From an uncultured Acidobacteriota bacterium (lineage in GTDB: Bacteria; Acidobacteriota; Blastocatellia; RBC074), in NCBI GenBank assembly GCA_963796275.1, contig CAWCKY010000004.1, positions 448,001-512,000 of the forward strand: a stretch of 64,000 nucleotides of DNA, in the 5' to 3' direction. The notes under the pieces are model-generated. The model worked only from the letters and a program-made list of their open reading frames with translations, was not told the DNA's origin and did not search any database. Positions 53,132 to 63,558 of this stretch are shown piece after piece. Positions within the stretch are counted from its first letter, which is position 1; each line of letters opens with the position of its first letter. The position numbers and the translations under genes are program-made.

Positions 53132-55423
53132 ATGCCGACATATCGTTATCCGGTACTGATCTGGGAAGATTTCATCGGGCACTTCACCGCCAGACTCGTC
53201 GAGGACCTGGAAGCGCCCGCCGGTTTCGGCGCTACCAAATCTGACGTGCTCTTCCAATTGAAAGATTATCTCAATTGGACGCTTCTCAACCGTCCATGGC
53301 AGGCGGAGCCCGACTTCAATAATGCCGCGCTGGTCAATCTTCGCGTCGAAGTCCGCCCAGAGTATCAAGTCCAGGACCGCGTCTATCCTTGCGATGAATC
53401 TATCATTCTCCGCGTACCTTGCGTGCAGGGAAGCAATTCGAGCGGATTGATGATCTGCTCATTGCCGATGATGGGCGTGAAATTCTTCTATCACGAATTG
53501 AGCAGGTTGAAACACCTGGTAAATCATTACTCGCAGGAGCGATTGAGAGGGCAACCTCCGCACGCGATCTCGCGCTTCCTCCAACCCAGATCGGTGGTGC
53601 TCGACGAAATCGTAATCCACTCCAACCGCTCTCATCCAGGAAATCGATATACCCCCGAATTGGGGACTCTCAGTTCCGTCGCGGAACCGCTGGGCGATAA
53701 GAAACTCCGGCGCTCGTTTTCGCGCGCCTGGGAGCGCGATCAGGAGGTGGCAGACCTCGCCCAACGGATTGGGCGGGAAAAGGCGAATGTCATAATTTCA
53801 GGCGAGGGTGGCGCGGGCAAAACCTCGGTGCTTATAGAAGCTGTGCGATTGGTCGAGGGACAGGTCGAGCAAGAGCCGCATAAAACGGACAATGCCCGTA
53901 ACAAATTCTGGATGACCTCAGGCGCGCGATTAATAGCCGGAATGCAATACCTCGGCGAATGGCAAGACCGATGCGAACGCGTCATAGAGGAATTATCCGA
54001 TATCGATGGCGTGTTGTGCGTGGACAATCTGCTCGAACTCATTCGCGCCGGCACGGGCAGCGTATCCGAGAGCATCGCGATGTTCTTCATCCCGTATTTG
54101 CAGCGCAGCGAACTGAGGATGGTGGCCGAGGCCACGCCGGCGGAACTCGACGCCTGCAGGCGGTTGTTGCCTGGTCTGGCCGACTTATTTCAAATCCTCC
54201 CGCTTCAACCTTTCAGCCGTGAACAGGCGGTCAGGGTGCTAAACCGTGTAACTACAACGCACGCGCGCAATCGTAAGATCGAGATCGGCACCGATCTGGC
54301 CGGGATGACTCATCGGTTGTTCCGCCGGTTTCAGCCATACCGGGCATTCCCGGGCAAGTCGGTCGCTTTCATCAATGAGCTTTTCGAAAGGGTGACGCGG
54401 AATAAACTGAGTGGAATCGCGAACAACGATGTGATCGCCCATTATGTGGAGCAGACAGGATTGCCCGAGATATTCCTCCGCGATGAGATTCCACTGGCGC
54501 ACACGGAGGTGCGGGAGGCCTTCCGCAGTCAGGTTATCGGCCAGGAAGAAGCATGCGAAGCGGCCGCGCGCCTGGTCACAACATTCAAAGCCGGAATGAA
54601 CGATCCGGCCAGGCCGCTCGGCGTGCTGCTATTTTGCGGCCCAACCGGTGTCGGCAAGACCGAGCTGGCTCGCGCAATCGCGCGCTATTTTTTCGGCGCA
54701 GGTAAGCGACCGGATGAGTCGCGACTAGTGCGGCTGGATATGAGCGAATATTCGGGTTGGAATGGAGCGCAACGTTTGCTCGCCGGATCCGATGGTGAAC
54801 CGAGCGACCTGATCAAACGGATGCGTCAACAGCCGTTCTGCGTTGTGTTGTTGGATGAAATAGAGAAGGCCGATGCCGATGTATTCGATGTGCTGCTCAG
54901 CGTTTTCGATGAGGGCCGATTGACCGACCGTTATGGCCGCGTCACTACATTCCGCAGCTCGGTGATTATTATGACCTCCAATCTGGGAACGGATAAGCTG
55001 GGAGCGACGGGGTTTGAGACGCGCGCGGCGCCGTCGTATACGCGCGAAGCGATGGGATTCTTTCGCCCCGAATTCTTCAACCGGATCGATGCCGTCGTAC
55101 AATTCCATCCGCTCTCGCGCGAGATGATGCTCCGTATCACGGCGAAGGAGTTGCGTGAGATTTCCGGGCGTGAAGGTTTCCTGAGAAACGATTTGCGGCT
55201 CGAGTGGGACGATGAGGTGATCGAATACCTCGTTAAAGCCGGCTTCGATCAGCGTTACGGCGCGCGCCCGTTGCAGCGCACGGTCGAGAAGCTCGTCGTC
55301 GCGCCGCTCGCGCGTTACCTGCTCGCGCATCCCGAGCTGAAAGGCGCCAGTCTTCTTCTTTCGCTGGATAGAGAGAATAAGACGCTTACCTGCAATCAGT
55401 CTTCGGTCAGCTTGCGCAAATGA
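53132..55423 (+). CDS. Divergent ClpA/B-type double AAA+ ATPase #3 with HicB-like N-terminus, no C-terminal extension
   Basis: GEGGAGKT, GPTGVGKT, RLDMSEY, LLDEIEK, RPEFFNRID, YGARPLQR. Confidence 0.9.
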   Translation: MPTYRYPVLIWEDFIGHFTARLVEDLEAPAGFGATKSDVLFQLKDYLNWTLLNRPWQAEPDFNNAALVNLRVEVRPEYQVQDRVYPCDESIILRVPCVQGSNSSGLMICSLPMMGVKFFYHELSRLKHLVNHYSQERLRGQPPHAISRFLQPRSVVLDEIVIHSNRSHPGNRYTPELGTLSSVAEPLGDKKLRRSFSRAWERDQEVADLAQRIGREKANVIISGEGGAGKTSVLIEAVRLVEGQVEQEPHKTDNARNKFWMTSGARLIAGMQYLGEWQDRCERVIEELSDIDGVLCVDNLLELIRAGTGSVSESIAMFFIPYLQRSELRMVAEATPAELDACRRLLPGLADLFQILPLQPFSREQAVRVLNRVTTTHARNRKIEIGTDLAGMTHRLFRRFQPYRAFPGKSVAFINELFERVTRNKLSGIANNDVIAHYVEQTGLPEIFLRDEIPLAHTEVREAFRSQVIGQEEACEAAARLVTTFKAGMNDPARPLGVLLFCGPTGVGKTELARAIARYFFGAGKRPDESRLVRLDMSEYSGWNGAQRLLAGSDGEPSDLIKRMRQQPFCVVLLDEIEKADADVFDVLLSVFDEGRLTDRYGRVTTFRSSVIIMTSNLGTDKLGATGFETRAAPSYTREAMGFFRPEFFNRIDAVVQFHPLSREMMLRITAKELREISGREGFLRNDLRLEWDDEVIEYLVKAGFDQRYGARPLQRTVEKLVVAPLARYLLAHPELKGASLLLSLDRENKTLTCNQSSVSLRK

Positions 55424-55458
55424 CGGCCCACCGCGGCTTGGGTCTACTCCCCTCACTG

Positions 55459-55884
55459 TCAATTAGCTTGCGGGACTTTGGCAGTTGGCAAAGCAAGGAC
55501 GGTATCAATCGCGTGGATGACGCCGTTGTCGCATGCGATATTAACCATTATTACTCTCGCGTTATTCACCTTGATCCCCTTGTTAGAGGTAATAGTCACA
55601 TTCTGCCCATGCACGGTCTTCGCTGAAGAGAGCTTCATCACATCTGCGCCCAGCGCCTTGCCCGCCACCACGTGATAAGCCAGCAGTCTCCTCAGCTTAG
55701 GAATGTCATTGAGCAATCCCTCGACCACGCCCTTGGGCAGTTTGGCAAAGGCCTCGTCGTTCGGCGCAAAGACCGTGAATGGCCCTGGCCCCGAAAGTCT
55801 TTCCGACAAGCCCGCCGCTTTAATCACTGTAATAAAGGTTTTGAATGAACCGTTAGCGATTGCTGTTTCTATAATCTTTTTCAT
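55459..55884 (-). CDS. Fasciclin (FAS1) domain protein, no signal peptide
   Basis: GPFTVFAPNDEAFAKLP, LAYHVV, NGVIHAIDTVL. Confidence 0.93.
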   Translation of the reverse strand: MKKIIETAIANGSFKTFITVIKAAGLSERLSGPGPFTVFAPNDEAFAKLPKGVVEGLLNDIPKLRRLLAYHVVAGKALGADVMKLSSAKTVHGQNVTITSNKGIKVNNARVIMVNIACDNGVIHAIDTVLALPTAKVPQAN

Positions 55885-56113
55885 TTGAAACTCCTTTTCT
55901 TGACTCTCTGGTTGATTCGCGATTGGGGATACGTCTCTCCTGCCCCCGTGCGTTAACCGGCGACTGTGGGGGCCGATGCCTTACATCGACTCCTGGTTAC
56001 GTTTGCAAGGATAGACTGATTGGGAATGGGTTTCTGTACAATATGGGACGATTTTTGTGAACAATTATGGCGAGGCTCGCAGACCATAATAATTCGACAC
56101 CGCGGGCAGTCTT

Positions 56114-56124
56114 TGTGATACACT
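56114..56124 (+). promoter_or_regulatory. Extended -10 promoter (TGTGaTACACT) about 290 nt upstream of the RRM gene
   Basis: Near-consensus TGTGnTANNNT. Confidence 0.4.
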
Positions 56125-56413
56125 AGTTCTCGTTGAATATAGCCTCTTTGGTTTATTGAATTAGTTACAATGCCTTCTTTTCAGACCGCAACGAGCTTTT
56201 CCATCAATCTCAAAGTTTGGTGCCCTTCAACTGGAGCTTTCTCTCCTGGCGTCAACGGTGATGCGTTGTCAATCGTGGCTTGCGCATTCGGGCTTAGAGA
56301 GCAGGCTAATAGAAACATTACGAAGCCACTCATTGATTTGAGTGTCGATTGTGTCAGATGGGAGCCGTTCTCTATATCCATTCGCTTGCTTCAATCACAT
56401 TAAGAGGAAATAA

Positions 56414-56737
56414 ATGTCCGTTAAATTATATGTCGGAAACCTGACCTTCAACACGACGGAGCAGGATCTACATGAACAATTCAGCCGGTTTGGTCAGGTC
56501 AGCTCTACGAGCATCATCACTGACCGAGATACGGGCCGCTCGCGCGGATTCGCATTTGTCGAGTTGGATTCCAAGGAATCGGCTCAGGCTGCAATTGAGG
56601 CCCTGAATGGGAAAGAGATGGATGGCCGCACACTCACCGTCAATGAAGCCAAGCCCAGGGGAGACAATAGCAACCGCGGCGGTTTTGGAGGAGGACGCAA
56701 TAGTAATGGCGGTGACAGTAGCCGCCACCGCTACTAA
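56414..56737 (+). CDS. RRM RNA-binding protein with Gly-rich tail
   Basis: RNP2 LYVGNL, RNP1 RGFAFVEL, TVNEAKPR. Confidence 0.95.
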   Translation: MSVKLYVGNLTFNTTEQDLHEQFSRFGQVSSTSIITDRDTGRSRGFAFVELDSKESAQAAIEALNGKEMDGRTLTVNEAKPRGDNSNRGGFGGGRNSNGGDSSRHRY

Positions 56738-56871
56738 GGCTAACCCTCTGTAATCGCTACACTGCGGAGGCCGGAAGAGCAGATCGTTTCAACGAAGAAC
56801 CAGGTTCATCCCGGGGGAAACTCTTTCGGCTTGCGCTGTTCTAGCGATCTACTTTTCAAGAGAGAGGAGAC

Positions 56872-57453
56872 ATGGCTTATCGTCTATTTGTCGGGAATCT
56901 TCCATATAATGTCACGGAAGCGGAGTTGAGAGAGTACTTCTCCACCGTTGGGCCACTTTCTTATATCTCTATTCCGACTGACCGAGAGACGGGTAGGCCA
57001 CGCGGCTTCGCCTTTCTTGAATTCAAGGAACGCGCTCAGGCCGATGAAGCCATACGCTGTTTCAATAACCACTCCTTTAAAGGCAGAAATCTCGCGGTCA
57101 ATGAGGCCCGCGCCAGAGATGATCGTCCGCAGGCTAGCGCAACACCTCGACGCTCATTATCCCCGCCCAACCTGGCAGCAGCGGCTGGTACCGCCAATCA
57201 GCCCGATAGTGAGACGAACCGCAATTTCGGCCCTGACGCCTCACCGTATCGCAGCCGCAGCAAACCGAAGGGCGGACTCAAGTCAGAACGTGTTTCGAAG
57301 GGACCGATGCGTGAGGTGGTTAGAGGGCAGGTCTTTTTCGATGATGACGAAGATGATTATGAGGATGATTATGAGGATGATTATGACGATGCCGAAACAA
57401 GCGAAGAGAGCTCTGCCGGTCACGAGAGGGACGCGAATGATGATAATACTTAG
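56872..57453 (+). CDS. RRM RNA-binding protein with disordered acidic C-terminus
   Basis: LFVGNL, RGFAFLEF; tail DDDEDDYEDDYEDDYDD from 12-bp repeats at 57340-57390. Confidence 0.92.
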   Translation: MAYRLFVGNLPYNVTEAELREYFSTVGPLSYISIPTDRETGRPRGFAFLEFKERAQADEAIRCFNNHSFKGRNLAVNEARARDDRPQASATPRRSLSPPNLAAAAGTANQPDSETNRNFGPDASPYRSRSKPKGGLKSERVSKGPMREVVRGQVFFDDDEDDYEDDYEDDYDDAETSEESSAGHERDANDDNT

Positions 57454-57555
57454 AATCAGTTTTTTCTGGTCTTGGTTTCATATGAATTCAACCAGAATCC
57501 CTAGCCCCCAACTACAATTAGAAACTAGAAGCAAGGACTAAGGAGCAAGGAATAG

Positions 57556-57792
57556 ATGGCGAGAAAATCCAGGCAGACATTTCAGAAACGGGAAAAAGAA
57601 AAAGCGCGTGTGATGAAGCAAAAGGATAAGGAGACACGACGACTCGAATCAAAAGTGCGTAAGGCGAGTATATCGACTGAAATCGGAGATGAGGATCCTG
57701 ACATCGCCGGCATTCGTCCCGGCCCACAGCCCCTACCTGAGCAGTGGGATCATCATAGCAACAGAAGTTTAGATTCTAATGAGGAAAAATAG
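57556..57792 (+). CDS. Small basic hypothetical protein
   Basis: QTFQKREKEKARVMKQKDK...EDPDIAGIRPGPQP; AAGGA RBS. Confidence 0.8.
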   Translation: MARKSRQTFQKREKEKARVMKQKDKETRRLESKVRKASISTEIGDEDPDIAGIRPGPQPLPEQWDHHSNRSLDSNEEK

Positions 57793-57927
57793 ATATCACG
57801 CCGCCGTTGGCAACCAGCATTACCGAACGGTCAGGCATTCCACTTGCCCTAATCCCCCAAGACGCGAAAGCATGCCGCCACACCGCAATTAGGCGAGTGC
57901 CTCAAGTGAATGTTGAGCAAAGGTAGT

Positions 57928-58326
57928 CTAGCCCGACCCTGCTTCCGACCCCTGTCTTAGAGAGTGCTCACGAGCTTTCGCAACAATCTGCCAGACGGTC
58001 ATCATATCAGCTGTTTCAACATCCACCATACGCTCGTTGGGATTGTTTATTTCGATACGTTTTTTCAGTTCGCACTTTGCCTCTCCGGGACCCATTATCA
58101 AAATAGCTCCCGAATTCCAAAGAGACGAAATCACCTCGTCGTAGTAACGGTCAAGGCATTCCGTCAACTCTCTCTGTTGTAATTCGTCTGCCGGAAATGA
58201 TACGCCGAATTGTCTGTGTTGTTTTTCAATATTCGAATTGATCAACTTTATTTCTTCATCTCTGCCCGTCACAAAAACGATTACAGCCTTCGTATGATCT
58301 ATCCACAAACCCACTGTCGTCTTCAT
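57928..58326 (-). CDS. Stand-alone eRF1/aRF1-like (baeRF-type) domain protein
   Basis: VGLWIDHTKAVIV...YYDEVI...ILIMGPGEAKCEL...VETADMMT; GGAGA RBS before ATG 58326. Confidence 0.7.
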   Translation of the reverse strand: MKTTVGLWIDHTKAVIVFVTGRDEEIKLINSNIEKQHRQFGVSFPADELQQRELTECLDRYYDEVISSLWNSGAILIMGPGEAKCELKKRIEINNPNERMVDVETADMMTVWQIVAKAREHSLRQGSEAGSG

Positions 58327-58534
58327 AAAATTCTCTCCGATAAAACGGGTCCCCTCTGCGATTGAAATTGAACTTGCGAAGTCGGGGATGCTGATTTTTT
58401 GATATCCTTGTGAGACTTGAAACAAGACGATTTGCAATGCGTCTTCACACATCAGCCCTTATTTCATCTTCGCTAATTGCATTCAGGTCGGCTCACAGTG
58501 ATTGTTTTAGCGTTCGTCTCCGTCCTTTTCAGCA

Positions 58535-58804
58535 TTACTTTGGGGGCTGATAAAGAGACCTTTCGCCTGCATCGGACTTGCGTCTAAACATCAGGAAGCC
58601 GACGCCGATACAGATTGAGATCAGCAGGAGGATAGCCAGGAAGGGCCACGCTATGCTGGCCTGCCCTAGAATATTCGGGTTGTATCCGCCAATCACAAGC
58701 AACACGAGGGGCCCGACCACTACCAGGATGAACATAATGAAAAAGCGGGGAAATGAGCCAATAGAAGTTACCCTAAGTCTTCGGATGCTTTTTTGAATAG
58801 ACAT
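58535..58804 (-). CDS. Small two-TM membrane protein
   Basis: Two hydrophobic segments; AAGGAGG RBS. Confidence 0.7.
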   Translation of the reverse strand: MSIQKSIRRLRVTSIGSFPRFFIMFILVVVGPLVLLVIGGYNPNILGQASIAWPFLAILLLISICIGVGFLMFRRKSDAGERSLYQPPK

Positions 58805-58822
58805 TGATTCCTCCTTAATTCA

Positions 58823-59221
58823 CTAGTCTCCCAAAAGAAACAGACTTTTTTGAATATGCCGTGAGTGCGCGGAAATTCTAACGTAAGGCAGTCCCAGGAA
58901 TCGTCTCGCGGTCACCTCCGTAATTTCCAGGCAATTAAAATTCTTCGCCTTCAGTTTTGCGATCGCCTGCTTGATTGCTCTGCGTGTGGTCTTTTTTGCG
59001 TTAGAGCCGAAGGCGTTCGTTTCGATAGCCCCGGCAATATAAAAAAAGTTCCAGCCAGCCTGGCCGATTATTTGATGGAATCCATTACTATCGAGTTCTT
59101 TTACCAAATTCCATCCATGAGCATAAGGCTCGCTTTCGAATAACCTTTCGAATAACAAGGACTCCGGTAAAATGGCGCCCTCTGCGATCAGAATTGTCCC
59201 CGTTTTGATTGTGTCTGTCAT
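58823..59221 (-). CDS. Conserved hypothetical protein
   Basis: GWNFFYIAGAI...FNCLEITEV...FLGLPYVRISAHSRHIQ; AAGGA RBS. Confidence 0.75.
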   Translation of the reverse strand: MTDTIKTGTILIAEGAILPESLLFERLFESEPYAHGWNLVKELDSNGFHQIIGQAGWNFFYIAGAIETNAFGSNAKKTTRRAIKQAIAKLKAKNFNCLEITEVTARRFLGLPYVRISAHSRHIQKSLFLLGD

Positions 59222-59623
59222 CGGTCTTTCCTTCTTAAGAGCAGCCCGCGAATTCTTTTCCGGCGTCCGGCAAATTCTCAAGCCCTCCCAATAATGATCA
59301 GCCAGCATGGAATAAATTGCTGTCCAATATTGGACGATCTAAAAGAAAGTCGGTACACCGATCCGGTTATTCGTGGGTTTGCAGGTCTTTATGAACGACA
59401 GAGGCCAAGGCTCGTGTTGTGTGACAGACGCAGCGGGGCGTATTGTTTATAGCTTCGATTGGAAATGTCATGAGCTCCGTTAGGAGCGATATAGTGATGC
59501 GTCGGATGTTGTCTCGCTGAGGCTGGAAAATGAGTGGGAAGGTCCATAGAACATCCGGCTCCGGAGCCAGATTCGGAACTCTCTGAATTGCACACAGTTT
59601 CACTTACTTACGATTCCATGAAA

Positions 59624-61099
59624 TCAATCTTCTGTCAGCTTGCGAAAGTGATAGCCAACGGCGGCCAGCCTGACCACCTCTGAGAACTCCTCGCGATGGC
59701 GGGTAAGTGCGCGGCGTAGGTAGCGCCAGAATTCGCCGCGCGCCGAATCGCGCACCCCGAGCGCCAGCGTGATGCGAGAGAGAGTTACGATGTCTCTGGC
59801 AATTCCATTGCGACGAGGCACAGGGTTACTCGCCCCGACCCGTTCCAGGCAATTGAGCGCGCGCCGATAATATTCGCCCGGGCTATAGATAGTGCGCATA
59901 ATCGATTTATAGCCTTCGATGAGACGCTCGGCATCCATCCTGGGGATGAAGTTCAGTGTACCATCAGTATTGTTCCCAGTGCTCTCGACCAGCAGTCGAC
60001 CTTCGCGCTCGAGCCGTCGCCAGAGTTGCGTGTCAGGCAGCGCAGTCAACAACCCTACCATCGCCAGCGGAATGGCGCTCTCACGAATAAAATCGATCTG
60101 TCGCTCGAAGATGTCCTCAGGATCGTTGTCGAACCCGACGATGAAGCCGGCCATCACTTCCATACCGTAGCTTTGAATCCTTCTGACCGAATCGAGAAGG
60201 TCGCGGCGCATGTTCTGTCCTTTTTGAGCTTCCTTGAGACTTGCCTCAACTGGGGTCTCAATCCCGAGAAAGACGCGACGGAAGCGAGCGCGCCGCATTC
60301 CCTCAAGCAATTCATCGTCCTCAGCGAGGTTCACGCTGGCTTCTGTGAGAAAGGAGAATGGGTGTCCGTGGCGTTCGGACCAATCAGCCAGAACAGGAAG
60401 CAATCGCTTGACGTTGCGTTTGTTGCCGATAAAGTTATCGTCCACGATGAAGACCATTCCGCGCCAACCGATCCGCCAGAGCACATCCAACTCAGCCAGC
60501 AGCTGTTCATTACTCTTCGTGCGGGGGACGCGGCCATAGATCTCGATGATGTCGCAGAACTCGCACTGGAATGGACATCCACGCGAATACTGGACCGACA
60601 TCGCGCTATAGTGTTTGAGGTCGGCGAGCTGGAAGTCGGGGACGGGCGTCATCGAGAGCGCCGGCCGCTCAGCAGCCTGGTAGATGCGTCTGGGCTCGCC
60701 GCGCTCGAGGTCGCGCACGAACTCCGGCAAGGTCGTTTCGGCCTCGCCGAGGAAGATATGGTCGGCCTCGGGTAAGGATTCCGAGCTGGTCGATATATAC
60801 GGCCCTCCGATAACCACCCGCTTCCCGTGCGCTTTGCATAACTCGACGACTCGCCGCAGCGAATCTTTCTGCACGAGCATGGCGCTGGCAAAGATCATAT
60901 CCGCCCATTCGACGTCGGCCGGCTTGAGTGGTTGGACGTTCAAATCTACCAGTCGCCGCTCCCATGTGGCGGGGAGCATGGCGGAGATCGTCAAGAGCCC
61001 GAGCGGCGGGAAAGCCGAGCGTTTACCCTCGAAGGAGAGCGCATGGCGAAAGCTCCAGTAAGTCTCAGGAAACTCCGGATATACGAGCAGCGTCTTCAT
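59624..61099 (-). CDS. B12-binding radical SAM protein (DUF4070 type)
   Basis: [39 protein letters not shown]. Confidence 0.92.
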   Translation of the reverse strand: MKTLLVYPEFPETYWSFRHALSFEGKRSAFPPLGLLTISAMLPATWERRLVDLNVQPLKPADVEWADMIFASAMLVQKDSLRRVVELCKAHGKRVVIGGPYISTSSESLPEADHIFLGEAETTLPEFVRDLERGEPRRIYQAAERPALSMTPVPDFQLADLKHYSAMSVQYSRGCPFQCEFCDIIEIYGRVPRTKSNEQLLAELDVLWRIGWRGMVFIVDDNFIGNKRNVKRLLPVLADWSERHGHPFSFLTEASVNLAEDDELLEGMRRARFRRVFLGIETPVEASLKEAQKGQNMRRDLLDSVRRIQSYGMEVMAGFIVGFDNDPEDIFERQIDFIRESAIPLAMVGLLTALPDTQLWRRLEREGRLLVESTGNNTDGTLNFIPRMDAERLIEGYKSIMRTIYSPGEYYRRALNCLERVGASNPVPRRNGIARDIVTLSRITLALGVRDSARGEFWRYLRRALTRHREEFSEVVRLAAVGYHFRKLTED

Positions 61100-61122
61100 A
61101 AAAGATATACTTGTTCATCAAC

Positions 61123-61653
61123 TCAAACGACGGTGTGCGACTCATGGGGTCTGCTGTCGCCCTCGGTTTTTCGCGCTTTTAGAGCCTGGTCCATCTGTTG
61201 CTCCGCCGCGCTCACCGTCTCTCCCATCACTTCAGATATCTCGCAAACCAGGAGCTTTCTCGCTCTTTCCAGAGACCAGTTCTCACGAATCGATAGCTCC
61301 TTCGTCTCTCTCAGCTCGGTTAATGACCCAACAATCTCAGCTAAGTCAAATGCCGATCCGGAGGTGAACAGTTTTGAGTTGTCGTCGGCGCGTTGCTTCC
61401 AGCCCTTCACTATTTTGGATGTCTTCGCCAGCTGATCCAGCAGCTTTGGAATATCGGACCTTACCAGCAGCGGCCGGATACCGACGGCCTGAGCTTTTTC
61501 TACCGGGATGAACAACTCGCCTCCGCCCTCAGTCAAGATAACCAAATGGTAAAAACTTTTTGGTTTGCCATCGACGACTCTCACGAAAACCTCGTCAATA
61601 ATACAGGGGCCCTGACATGGATAAACAACTTTATTCCCAACGCTAAATATCAC
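61123..61653 (-). CDS. CarD family transcriptional regulator
   Basis: FSVGNKVVYPCQGPCII...IPVEKAQAVGIRPL...WKQR...ARKLLVCEIS. Confidence 0.9.
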   Translation of the reverse strand: MIFSVGNKVVYPCQGPCIIDEVFVRVVDGKPKSFYHLVILTEGGGELFIPVEKAQAVGIRPLLVRSDIPKLLDQLAKTSKIVKGWKQRADDNSKLFTSGSAFDLAEIVGSLTELRETKELSIRENWSLERARKLLVCEISEVMGETVSAAEQQMDQALKARKTEGDSRPHESHTVV

Positions 61654-61704
61654 TCGAATCTCCTCTCCTACAGCCTTTCGCGGCTACGCTGCATTGGACT
61701 GCGC

Positions 61705-63522
61705 CTAAGCATCAAGCGGCAAGCCGGCCACGACGCGACCGATCTGGATTGCGTTGAGGGACTCTCGCTCAAGCAACGCTTGAGCGAGGCGCTCTACTGC
61801 CTCGTATTCTTCGGTAATGATACGGTGTGCCCGCCCGTACTGCTCCATTATGATATGGCGGACCTCCTGGTCGATCATGATCGCGGTGTCCTTGCTATAC
61901 CCTCTGTGCTGCGCGAACCTGCGGCCCAGGAAGATCATCTCGTCTTTCTTGCCAAAAGCGAGTGGCCCCAGGCTTGACATACCGAACTCGCAGACCATCT
62001 TCTGCGCCAATTCCGTCGCGCGCTCGACGTCACCCGCAGCGCCAGTCGATATCCGGCCAAGGAAGACATCCTCGGCGATTCGGCCGCCCATGAGAATCGC
62101 AATAGAACCCTGGATATATGCAAGCGATTGCGTGTAGCGATCACCTTCAGGCAATTGCTGAGTAACCCCAAGTGCCGCTCCGCGTGGAATGATAGTCACC
62201 TTATGAATTGGATCGGCGTCTGGGATTTTGAGGCCGACGATTGTGTGCCCCGATTCGTGGTAGGCCGTTGCCCTCTTCTCTTCTTCGGAGATCACTGCTG
62301 ATCGGCGCTCCGGGCCCATCAGCACTTTGTCCCTGGCCCACTCTAAATCGGCCATGGTGACCGTCTGCTGATCGCAACGCGCAGCATTGAGCGCCGCCTC
62401 GTTGACCAGGTTGGCGAGGTCTGCGCCGGTGAGGCCAGAAGTGCCGCGGGCGATTAACGAGACATCGACGTCTTCGCCCAAAGGAATCTTACGCAGGCAG
62501 ACGCCAAGAATGCTTTCACGCCCCTTTACGTCGGGGCGCTGAACAATGATCTGTCGGTCGAAGCGTCCCGGACGCAGTAAGGCCGGATCGAGGACGTCCG
62601 GACGGTTGGTCGAAGCTATGAGGATTACCTCGTCGTTCGACGCAAAACCATCCATCTCGACCAGCAGCTGGTTTAAGGTCTGCTCACGCTCATCATTGCC
62701 ACCGCCGATCCCCGCGCCCCGATGACGCCCAACGGCATCGATCTCATCAATAAAGATAATGCAGGGAGCGTGCCTCTTGCCCTGTTCAAAAAGATCGCGT
62801 ACGCGTGAGGCTCCGATACCGACGAACATCTCGACAAAGTCTGAACCCGAAATCGAGAAGAAGGGCACATTGGCTTCCCCTGCGATGGCGCGTGCCAGCA
62901 GCGTCTTGCCGCTACCCGGTGGACCCACTATCAGCACTCCTTTCGGGATGTGCCCGCCGAGCCCCTGGAACTTCTGCGGCTCATTCAGGAACTCAATAAT
63001 CTCCCGCAGATCCGCCTTTGCCTCATCAATACCTGCGACATCCTTAAAGGTGACGGACTTCTGTCGATTCAAGTACCTCTTGGCGCGGTTCTTACCGAAG
63101 GAGAGCACCTTGCTCCCCCCCGACTGCATCCTGCGAAGCATGAAAATACAGAAACCAATGATTAAGAGAAATGGCGCGAAGGCTATGAGCATTCTTACCC
63201 AAGTACTTCCGGCGGAAGTTGAATTCATGGAGACCTTGACGCCCTGCTCGTTCATCCGGTCGGCGAGATCACGAGCCATCAACCCGCCATAGAATTTGCT
63301 GCTGTATCGGGTTTTGTCGGTTAACTCGCCCGAGACATTCTCCGCCTCGACGACCGCGGTCGCTACTTCTTTGTTGTTTACTCGGTTCACGAGATCAGAG
63401 TAAGACAACTCCGTAACCTTCTCGCTTCTCATGCTATGGAAGATCGAGTAAAGCAGTAAGAAACCCACAACAATCAATAGTCCAATAATAATAACTCGCC
63501 GGTTTTTTGAATTCGGGATCAC
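61705..63522 (-). CDS. ftsH: ATP-dependent zinc metalloprotease FtsH
   Basis: Two TM helices, [36 protein letters not shown]. Confidence 0.96.
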   Translation of the reverse strand: MIPNSKNRRVIIIGLLIVVGFLLLYSIFHSMRSEKVTELSYSDLVNRVNNKEVATAVVEAENVSGELTDKTRYSSKFYGGLMARDLADRMNEQGVKVSMNSTSAGSTWVRMLIAFAPFLLIIGFCIFMLRRMQSGGSKVLSFGKNRAKRYLNRQKSVTFKDVAGIDEAKADLREIIEFLNEPQKFQGLGGHIPKGVLIVGPPGSGKTLLARAIAGEANVPFFSISGSDFVEMFVGIGASRVRDLFEQGKRHAPCIIFIDEIDAVGRHRGAGIGGGNDEREQTLNQLLVEMDGFASNDEVILIASTNRPDVLDPALLRPGRFDRQIIVQRPDVKGRESILGVCLRKIPLGEDVDVSLIARGTSGLTGADLANLVNEAALNAARCDQQTVTMADLEWARDKVLMGPERRSAVISEEEKRATAYHESGHTIVGLKIPDADPIHKVTIIPRGAALGVTQQLPEGDRYTQSLAYIQGSIAILMGGRIAEDVFLGRISTGAAGDVERATELAQKMVCEFGMSSLGPLAFGKKDEMIFLGRRFAQHRGYSKDTAIMIDQEVRHIIMEQYGRAHRIITEEYEAVERLAQALLERESLNAIQIGRVVAGLPLDA

Positions 63523-63558
63523 TTAACCCCCATCGAATACTCGATACTGGTGCGCGCG

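Noticed and set aside
46334-55423. Gene symbols clpA/clpB/clpC or T6SS clpV
   Set aside because: No Clp-N domain, no GYVG loop, degenerate D1 Walker B, and no T6SS genes in the window
59624-61099. Calling the radical SAM the hopanoid C-2 methylase HpnP
   Set aside because: It has PPLGLL rather than the PPQGLL I associate with HpnP and lies 50 kb from the hpn cluster; a phylogeny would be needed
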